NCBI GenBank assembly: GCA_046485285.1
Contig: JAWOHE010000049.1
Coordinates: forward strand, 1-28,245
Length of the DNA: 28,245 nt
Source: a bacterium
Lineage (GTDB): Bacteria > Hydrothermota > Tepidihabitantia > Tepidihabitantales > Tepidihabitantaceae
Direction of reading: 5' to 3'
Positions 9,669 to 16,468 of the stretch are shown here, piece by piece (position 1 is the first letter of the stretch; every line of letters begins with the position of its first letter). Below the pieces are notes generated by a model. That model was given only the letters and a program-made list of their open reading frames with translations. It was not told the DNA's origin and ran no database searches. A program made the translations under genes and the position numbers.

Positions 9669-9698
9669 GAGAGGGGCGGCCGCCAGGCCGCCCCTCTC
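9669..9698. terminator. Perfect 13-bp hairpin between convergent genes, probable bidirectional terminator
   Basis: GAGAGGGGCGGCC-GCCA-GGCCGCCCCTCTC; lies between stops at 9650 and 9714; no U-tract on either side. Confidence 0.7.
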
Positions 9699-9713
9699 CA
9701 AGTCCTGCCGCGG

Positions 9714-12700
9714 TCAGCGCTGAAGGACCAGCTTGCGGGTCAGCAGCGCCGGGCCGTTCTCGAGCCGGAGCAGGTAGACCCCGCGCGGAACCGCCCGACG
9801 CGAATCGTCCAGGCCGTCCCAGCTGAATGAGTGGCGTCCGGTCGGGAGCGTGGCGTCGACCAGCCGCCGGACCAGCCGGCCGCCGGCATCGTAGATCTTG
9901 ACGCTTGTTCGGTCGCGGTGGACGACGTTGCAGCGGACTACCGTGTGGCCGACCATCGGGTTGGGCGCGGCCGCGAGCTGCGGGCCAAGCGGTCCGGCCT
10001 GCCCGGCCATGACGCCCGACCGCCCGGGCCGGGCCGCCATCAGCGCGCCGGTGGCGGTGTCGGCGGAGGGTTTGTACTCCCAGAACTCGAAGCCGCCCGA
10101 CCCCTTGAGGCAGTAAATCGTCGATTCGGCCGCTGCCAGCGCTGAACCTCGCCTGACCCTGAGGCGCTTGCCGGTCAGCGAGATCGGTATGTCGGTGATC
10201 TGGAGCCACGAGTCCTGGTCCATGCGGTATTTCCAGAACTCCTGTTGGTTGCCGCCCTTGAGCATGTAGAGAGCGCCGTCCAAGTAGGTCATCGAGGCGC
10301 CTTCCTTGACCCTGCGGCGTCGACCCCGGCGGTCAATGTACAGGTGGGCGGAGTCGAGCGGACGAACCACCCGGCTGAAGGGGTTGAGGCTGTAACTCTC
10401 CAGCGTGTTCGAGCCCTTGAGGGTGAATAGCGTGGTGTCGGCGAACACCATATCCGAGCCGAACTTGCATCGCCTGCCGCGCGGACCGAAGGGCACCTCA
10501 AAGCGCCGGCCGCCGACATCGAGCAGGACACCCCATCCCCCGCTGGCGACGTCGAAGCGAAGCACCAGGTTGGTGTTGTTGCCAACGAGGCAGAACACCG
10601 CGCCCTCGCTGCCGAGGCCCGGGACGTAGGCCAGCGCGGCACCCTTCTTGGGTGGGCGGGCACCCCAAGTGCTGCTGGTTACGCTCGAGCACGGAATCCA
10701 GATCTTGGTCTCGATGTCGTAACGGTAGAAGTCCGTGACGCCGCCAGCCTTGATCGCCCAGAGCGAGCCGAGGTTGCCGTGGTCCGGGTCGAAGGCGAGG
10801 TCGCAGCCGTACTTCGCCCGGCGGCCGGAAGGCTCGATCGGCATCGAACACACCAGCGCCCATTCGCCGGTTGCGATGTCAAAGGCCCAGACCTCGTTGT
10901 CGTTCGAGCCCTTGAGCGCGTAGAGCTTGTTCTCGGTCGGCACGTGAGTCAGCGCTGCGAACTTGACCCGGCGCCGGCGCGGGCCGACTGGGATGTCTTC
11001 GCGCTGAATCCAAGGCGAGACGACAACAACCGTGCTGACGATGTCGTTGGTCGAGTCGATGTCGCCGGACATCCACGTCGAGCAGATGGCAGTGTAAGTA
11101 CCGACCTGCGCATCCCACGGCGCGAACATCACCGTCGTGCTGTCGCCGGGGAGAAGACCGGAGACCACGGTAGAGTCGACATAGCCGGGCTTGATTTTCA
11201 TCCAGACGTGGATGTCGTCGACGACGGTGCCGTAGTTCTGGATCTTGGCCTGCGGGACGTACTGCTGCGGGAAGACGTAGCCGGTCGGGGTCAGTATCTC
11301 GAGCGCAGCCGCATCCCGGAGCACCGGGTTGAGACGAATGACGCTGCCAGATCGAACTCGGTTTTCAAGATCGTTCGTCGCGGCTGACATCGGCGGGCGG
11401 GCGTAGAGGTAGGTGAGGCCGTCGCTGCCCAGGCGGTTCTCGAGCCCGATACCGGCGCCGCGGGCGTCGTTGAATGCCAAGTCACCGGTCGTGACGTCGC
11501 GGTACTGGAAGATGACGTGGCCGTTCTCCTGGAGGATGACCTGGAAGGAGAGGAGGTCGGAGGTGTCGGTGCCGACGCGGTTGACGTTTTCCCAGATAAT
11601 CGCGAGACGACGGTTGGGGGCCGTGCCCACGGTCCGAGACCAGATTCTGCCGCCGCCGAAGCCGGGGCCGCAGGCGAGGTTGTCCCACCACGCGTAGAGC
11701 GCGTTGTTGGGAGTCGCCGGATCGGGCAGGACTGCCGGCAACGACTCGTTGGTGAGCGGGTCGGGTCCGAACGAGAGCCAACCGTTGGTGGTGACGTAGA
11801 TGTTGGTGTAGGTCGTGTCGAAGTAGCGGAACTCGAAGCCGATTGGCACGTAGATCCGTTGTTCGTCTCCGGAGGCGATGATCAGCGATGCGCTGTCGGA
11901 ACTCACCCAGTCATAGGTCGGGCCGGTCGCGGTGTCGCCGTCGATCCAGGCGTAGTAGCCGCTCGGGCTGACGCCAGTGTGGATTCCCTTCCGGACGGCG
12001 AAGCCGAAGCTCTTGGTGTCGTTGAGAGGTTGGTCGTCGATCAGAGGAGCGACGAGCGAGCGGACCGTTACCCAGACCGAGCAGGCCTCAGACGCCAACG
12101 GCACCCAGGGCAGGAACTCGATAATGGCATCTTCGCCCGAGGTTAACGCAAGCGGCTGCTGGTCGAAGAAACGCAGGTCGCCGGACTCGGTGGCTATCGA
12201 ACAGACCACCGCGAAGTCGGCAAGGTCATCCGTGCCGTTGTTGTGGACTCGCGCGCGAACCGCGAGCGGCCGGTCGTAGGGCCGCTGGACAAACTCGTAC
12301 CACGGGAACTCGATGTGCGTTGTCCGCATGTCTCGCGTAAGCGGTGGCAATGCCTCGTGGTTGATGACCACCCGGACCATGAAGTCCCGGTCGGTGGAAT
12401 CGGGGACGAAGGTGCCGGCGCGATACTGCCACCAGGTTGCCCCGGGATTACGGCCCGCATCGTAGCCGAGCGATGGGCATTCCGGGGGTTCGCCGACCTG
12501 AAGGCAGAAGACGTAGAACGCACCGGAGTTGATGACGATGGCATCGCCATTGTCCCCGACCGGTACCGAGTTCCAGCCGTCGGCCCCTGGCAGTACACGC
12601 GAACGGTGGAGCAGGTCGCCCGGTTCGGAGCCAGCCTCGGCCATCACCGCGAACTGGAAGCGGTTGTCGGCAGGGTTGGCAGGCAGCTGCAGGAAGGCCT

Positions 12701-13712
12701 TGAGCGACTCGAGGTAGACCGGGTAGCTCGTCGGCTCGAAGCGCGCTCCCCAGCCGTAGTGGCCGACCGGCCAGGACTCGTAGCCTGCAACTGCGCCGTC
12801 GTCGTGGCGGAGTTCATCTGAGTAGCTGACGGTGAAGGCGCGGTTGAGCGTGTCGTTGAGGGGATTGTCGTCGAGCGCTGCCTCACACCAGAACTCGATG
12901 AGATACTGGCCAGCCGTCAACCCCGCCGTGTGGTCGTCGAAGTCAACCGGCACGGTCTCGAATGACGCGAGCACGGGAATCAACTCGGACCAACTGTCGA
13001 TCAGGTTGAGGGCGTCGTCATAGAGCCGGCACTCAACAGGGATGTCGGTCTGGTCGTTGAGGCCGTTGTTGCGGAAGCGGGCGCGTGGAGTGAGGTCGCC
13101 TGGCATCAGCCTGGCCGGCGGGTTGACGATCTGCTCGCACTCGATGTCCCAGTCCGGGATCGACTCGCCGGTGACGACGACGTCGTCAATCGCCCAGTGG
13201 CTAATGTACGCCTTGTTGCCGACGTGTATCCAAGCGATGCAGACCTGTGACGCGTTGCTGGCCTGAGTCAGCGTGAAGGTCTCCAAGGCAGGACCGACGT
13301 TGAGCTCCCGGTAGTCACGCAGCAGGTACGGATAGCTGATCCCGCCGTCGATCGAGTAGCGGAGCTGGGCGGTGTAGGGCTGGTTTACGTTACGGACGAA
13401 GACAGTGCTGCAGTTGAGCGTGACGTTGGTGTATCCCGAGCAGTCGATGACCGGGGTGATGAGCGAGTCCTCGAGTTCGTCGCCGGCCAGGTCGTAGAAG
13501 ATGGCCGCGTACGGGGTGGGGTGACCGGTCCAGGGCGGCAGCAACTCGGGCCGGCGGTGCCAGTCGTCATTCCCCGCCGCGCCGGTGTAGTGTATACGCC
13601 AGCCAGCGGGCGGCGCACTGGTGCTCCACGCACTGTCGAAATCCTCGGTCAGGAGGTCGTACCCTGCTCCCAGGGACGTGACCAGAGTCAGAGCCAGGAC
13701 CAAGCTGCGCAT
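9714..13712 (-). CDS. Large secreted surface protein (1332 aa): MAM/adhesin-like domain, CARDB-like Ig domains, NIDO-like domain, six Kelch-like repeats, FlgD-Ig/T9SS-like C-terminal domain
   Basis: AGGAGG RBS before ATG 13712; signal peptide MRSLVLALTLVTSLGA; EDFD...P.GW...LITP.ID...WAIDDV; repeated ..V.N.G...D....ND motifs; six LKGxN..EFW.Y-type repeats; PNP...IYDAGGRLVRRL...WDGLDD.RRAVPRGVYLLRL...RKLVLQR. Confidence 0.85.
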   Translation of the reverse strand: MRSLVLALTLVTSLGAGYDLLTEDFDSAWSTSAPPAGWRIHYTGAAGNDDWHRRPELLPPWTGHPTPYAAIFYDLAGDELEDSLITPVIDCSGYTNVTLNCSTVFVRNVNQPYTAQLRYSIDGGISYPYLLRDYRELNVGPALETFTLTQASNASQVCIAWIHVGNKAYISHWAIDDVVVTGESIPDWDIECEQIVNPPARLMPGDLTPRARFRNNGLNDQTDIPVECRLYDDALNLIDSWSELIPVLASFETVPVDFDDHTAGLTAGQYLIEFWCEAALDDNPLNDTLNRAFTVSYSDELRHDDGAVAGYESWPVGHYGWGARFEPTSYPVYLESLKAFLQLPANPADNRFQFAVMAEAGSEPGDLLHRSRVLPGADGWNSVPVGDNGDAIVINSGAFYVFCLQVGEPPECPSLGYDAGRNPGATWWQYRAGTFVPDSTDRDFMVRVVINHEALPPLTRDMRTTHIEFPWYEFVQRPYDRPLAVRARVHNNGTDDLADFAVVCSIATESGDLRFFDQQPLALTSGEDAIIEFLPWVPLASEACSVWVTVRSLVAPLIDDQPLNDTKSFGFAVRKGIHTGVSPSGYYAWIDGDTATGPTYDWVSSDSASLIIASGDEQRIYVPIGFEFRYFDTTYTNIYVTTNGWLSFGPDPLTNESLPAVLPDPATPNNALYAWWDNLACGPGFGGGRIWSRTVGTAPNRRLAIIWENVNRVGTDTSDLLSFQVILQENGHVIFQYRDVTTGDLAFNDARGAGIGLENRLGSDGLTYLYARPPMSAATNDLENRVRSGSVIRLNPVLRDAAALEILTPTGYVFPQQYVPQAKIQNYGTVVDDIHVWMKIKPGYVDSTVVSGLLPGDSTTVMFAPWDAQVGTYTAICSTWMSGDIDSTNDIVSTVVVVSPWIQREDIPVGPRRRRVKFAALTHVPTENKLYALKGSNDNEVWAFDIATGEWALVCSMPIEPSGRRAKYGCDLAFDPDHGNLGSLWAIKAGGVTDFYRYDIETKIWIPCSSVTSSTWGARPPKKGAALAYVPGLGSEGAVFCLVGNNTNLVLRFDVASGGWGVLLDVGGRRFEVPFGPRGRRCKFGSDMVFADTTLFTLKGSNTLESYSLNPFSRVVRPLDSAHLYIDRRGRRRRVKEGASMTYLDGALYMLKGGNQQEFWKYRMDQDSWLQITDIPISLTGKRLRVRRGSALAAAESTIYCLKGSGGFEFWEYKPSADTATGALMAARPGRSGVMAGQAGPLGPQLAAAPNPMVGHTVVRCNVVHRDRTSVKIYDAGGRLVRRLVDATLPTGRHSFSWDGLDDSRRAVPRGVYLLRLENGPALLTRKLVLQR

Positions 13713-13832
13713 TTTAGCCTCCTCGCTGTTCTTTCGCCCGGCCGGACCCGTCCGTAGGTAGCCCGGTCGGACCGGCCGAGCCTGACGCGATGCCGACACG
13801 TTTCGCTGTCCAACTGCAAGATTACCATAGAA

Positions 13833-13860
13833 ATTATAGACCCCGACCGAACGGTGTCAA
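13833..13860 (-). promoter_or_regulatory. Consensus sigma70 promoter for the large secreted protein
   Basis: Minus strand TTGACA (13860-13855), 16 bp, TATAAT (13838-13833); both hexamers are perfect. Confidence 0.8.
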
Positions 13861-13971
13861 TGAACTACCCGGGGCGGCGCCGGCGGGTAAGCGAAAGAGG
13901 GGAAACGGGCAGGCGGGAGACGAATCTGCTTCCCTCTATCTCTCGATCCCCTCCCTTTGACAATCCGGCTG

Positions 13972-13999
13972 TTGACAACCGGCGTACCGCGAATAACCT
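13972..13999 (+). promoter_or_regulatory. sigma70-like promoter for the pseudokinase operon
   Basis: TTGACA (13972-13977), 16 bp, TAACCT (13994-13999); a second TTGACA at 13957-13962. Confidence 0.65.
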
Positions 14000-14014
14000 A
14001 AGGTGGATATTTCG

Positions 14015-15412
14015 ATGCTTGAGAAAGAAGCCAGGACGCTCCGCCACCTGATGACCGAGCGCGGCTACTTAGCCGAGCCGGAGGTCGTCGAGGTGTTCCT
14101 GGACATCGTGCGCGCCCTCGGCGCCTCCCACGCGCAGGGAATCCTGCACGGAGACATAAAGCCGGAGAAGATCGTCCGGTCCCGCGACGGCAGGTACACG
14201 CTGGTCGACTACGGCGTCTCGAGGCTCGGCACCGCCCGCTACATGTCGCCGGAGCGCGCCCGGCGCGAGCCGACCGACGCCCGCTCCGACATCTACTCCC
14301 TCGGGGTCGTCCTGTACGAGGCGGCAACGGGCCACCCGCCGTTCGAGGGGATGAACTACCAGGTCATCCAGAGGCACATCAGCGCGACGCCGCGACTGCC
14401 GAGATCGCTGCGACCCGGGATATCGGCCGAACTCCAGTGGGTGATCAGGACGGCGATGGCCAAGGACCCGGCCGACCGCTACCAGACCGCGAAGTCGATG
14501 GAGGAAGTCCTGCGTGAGATCGTCGCGCCGCCGGCCGTTGCGACGACTGCCGCATCGTCGGCACCGGTGACCGCGCGGGCGGCGGGAGGGCAGGTGGCGT
14601 CGGCGGTCCGCGTCCCGTCCGGGACGATGAGCGGCCGCCGTCCGCCGGCGGGCGCGGCCGCCCGCTCCCCATCGGCGCGCACGGGCGCGGCAGGGATGGT
14701 TCGACGCCCGGCCCCGGCGAATGTCGGGATGCCGGCGGCCGAAGGACGGGAGACGCGATACGTGAGACGGGAGGCAGTCCCCGGTCCTCGGTCCCCGGTC
14801 GCCCCGGACGTCGTTGTGGCTCAGCAGGCGAGACCGGTCGGACGCACCACGCCGCGAAGGTTGCCGCTAGCGCTGTTCGCCGGAGTAGTCGGACTCCTTG
14901 CCGTCGCGACGCTTCTGCTGGCGACCGGCCGGTCACACAAGGTTCCCGATGTCCTGGGGTTGACCGAAGAGCGGGCGGTCGAGCTGGCCGGTCGTGCCGG
15001 TCTGGTGGTGGTGTCCTACGGCGAGGCCCGCGACGATACCCTCCCGGCGGGTCGTGTCGTCGAGCAGTCGCCGGCCGTGGGGGTGCGGGCACACAAGTCG
15101 GACACGGTGAGGGTTGTACTCAGCACCGGCAGGATCAGGATACCTGACGTCGTCAACCTGAGCGCAACCGAGGCCGTCGAGATGCTCACCCGCCTCTCGT
15201 TGCCGATTCTCGCGGTGGAGTCGGTCTACTCCGACCTGCAGGAAGTTGGCAGCGTCGCCGAGGTCCAGCCCGAGTCCGGCAGCCGGGTCGAGCTCGGCAC
15301 CTCGGTCCGCCTCAAGATCGCCTCCGGCCGGGCAACGTGCCCGAGGTGTCGGGCTTCGCGCGACCGGGGTGCGCGTTTCTGTACCTCCTGCGGCTACCGC
15401 TACGAGTTCTGA
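14015..15412 (+). CDS. Hanks-type Ser/Thr kinase-like protein (C-lobe only, predicted inactive) with TM helix, two PASTA domains and C-terminal zinc ribbon
   Basis: HGDIKPEK, DYG, GTARYMSPE, SDIYSLGVVLYE..TG.PPF and AKDPADRY are present; no GxGxxG or VAIK; TM LALFAGVVGLLAVATLLLA; VPDVLG...VVEQSP and IPDVVN...AEVQP PASTA repeats; CPRC...FCTSCG. Start ATG 14015 (GTG 14003 alternative); in-frame stop at 13994-13996. Confidence 0.85.
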   Translation: MLEKEARTLRHLMTERGYLAEPEVVEVFLDIVRALGASHAQGILHGDIKPEKIVRSRDGRYTLVDYGVSRLGTARYMSPERARREPTDARSDIYSLGVVLYEAATGHPPFEGMNYQVIQRHISATPRLPRSLRPGISAELQWVIRTAMAKDPADRYQTAKSMEEVLREIVAPPAVATTAASSAPVTARAAGGQVASAVRVPSGTMSGRRPPAGAAARSPSARTGAAGMVRRPAPANVGMPAAEGRETRYVRREAVPGPRSPVAPDVVVAQQARPVGRTTPRRLPLALFAGVVGLLAVATLLLATGRSHKVPDVLGLTEERAVELAGRAGLVVVSYGEARDDTLPAGRVVEQSPAVGVRAHKSDTVRVVLSTGRIRIPDVVNLSATEAVEMLTRLSLPILAVESVYSDLQEVGSVAEVQPESGSRVELGTSVRLKIASGRATCPRCRASRDRGARFCTSCGYRYEF

Positions 15413-15431
15413 TGAAAGCAGGGGAGGTCGC

Positions 15432-16466
15432 GTGAGACTTCGGTCCCCGGGTCGGCTGCTCATCGTGTTGCTCTGTTTGGCCGTAGGCCTGACACTTGCG
15501 GCGAAGACCTGCCCGCAGTGCGGCACGTCGAACCCCGACAACGCGAGGTTCTGTAAGAGCTGTGGGTATTCATTCCCCGCCCGGTCCCGGCCGCAGGCCC
15601 AGCCGGCATTGCGGGTTGAGGTCAGTGTTGGGGCCCTGGGCGAGGTCAGCGTCAACTCGACGCCCGAGGGCGCGGCAGTGAGAGTCGGCGGCACTAGGCG
15701 CGGCACGACGCCACTTGTCCTCACCGACCTCGCTCCCGGTCGTCACGAACTCGAGCTGACCCGCGCAGGATACCGGGACTACCGCGGCAGCCTCGAGGTT
15801 CCCGAGCCGGCCGGCGTCATTAAGGTGACGACGATTCCGTCCGGCGCCCAACTTGTTGTTGACGGGCGCAGTGTCGGTTCGGTCCCGGACACGGGGATGG
15901 TCGTGACCGGACTGGGCCCGGGCAGCCACACGGTCGTTGCCCGACTACCCGGCCGGCCTGACCAGGAACGCGAGGTAGTCATCAGCGAGGTTCTGCGGAC
16001 TGTCGCCCTGCGGATCGATTTGCCGATGGCGGAAGGCTTCCTTCTCGTCGAGAGCGACCCGCGCGGGGCGAACGTCATCGTTGACGGGCAGGGAGTCGGC
16101 CGGACCAGCTATTTCGGGGCGCTCGCGCCGGCTGACTACCGGCTCGAGCTTGCGCTCGGGGGGTTCAGGCCCTGGATCAGTGACGTGAACATCCGGCTGG
16201 GCGACACGACCGCGGTTTCCGCGGTCCTCGCGCCGATGCGCGTGCGCCGCTGGGGCCTGCTCGCCACCGGTGTCGCGGGGATCGCGGGCGGCGTGATCGG
16301 CGCGGTGCTCGGCGAGTCCAGCTACCGGGAGTACGTCGCCGCGGACACGTCCTACCGCCCGGACGAGGTGGCCGGCCTTCGTCAGAGGACGATCGCGTTC
16401 GACTGGGTTCGCAACCTGGCCGGCGGGCTCGGGATACTGAGCCTCGGCGCCTTCGTGCTGTTCTAG
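15432..16466 (+). CDS. PEGA-domain membrane protein with N-terminal signal peptide and zinc ribbon
   Basis: GGAGG RBS then GTG 15432; hydrophobic N-terminus LLIVLLCLAVGLTLAA; CPQC...FCKSCG; three repeats V.S.P.GA.V.VDG...G.TP/S; two glycine-rich hydrophobic C-terminal helices. Confidence 0.85.
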   Translation: MRLRSPGRLLIVLLCLAVGLTLAAKTCPQCGTSNPDNARFCKSCGYSFPARSRPQAQPALRVEVSVGALGEVSVNSTPEGAAVRVGGTRRGTTPLVLTDLAPGRHELELTRAGYRDYRGSLEVPEPAGVIKVTTIPSGAQLVVDGRSVGSVPDTGMVVTGLGPGSHTVVARLPGRPDQEREVVISEVLRTVALRIDLPMAEGFLLVESDPRGANVIVDGQGVGRTSYFGALAPADYRLELALGGFRPWISDVNIRLGDTTAVSAVLAPMRVRRWGLLATGVAGIAGGVIGAVLGESSYREYVAADTSYRPDEVAGLRQRTIAFDWVRNLAGGLGILSLGAFVLF

Positions 16467-16468
16467 CA

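Noticed and set aside
13741-13775. CGTAGGTAGC resembling the 3' part of a c-di-GMP-I riboswitch
   Set aside because: Wrong strand for the leader, and the GCAAAC/GNRA-loop/GACGCAAAGC elements are absent.
13861-13890. TGAACTACCC resembling an IS3 or IS200/IS605 end
   Set aside because: No partner inverted repeat, no subterminal palindrome and no transposase nearby.
13854-14051. 65-aa ORF as a possible frameshifted kinase N-lobe
   Set aside because: No GxGxxG, VAxK or helix C Glu pattern; overlaps both promoters.
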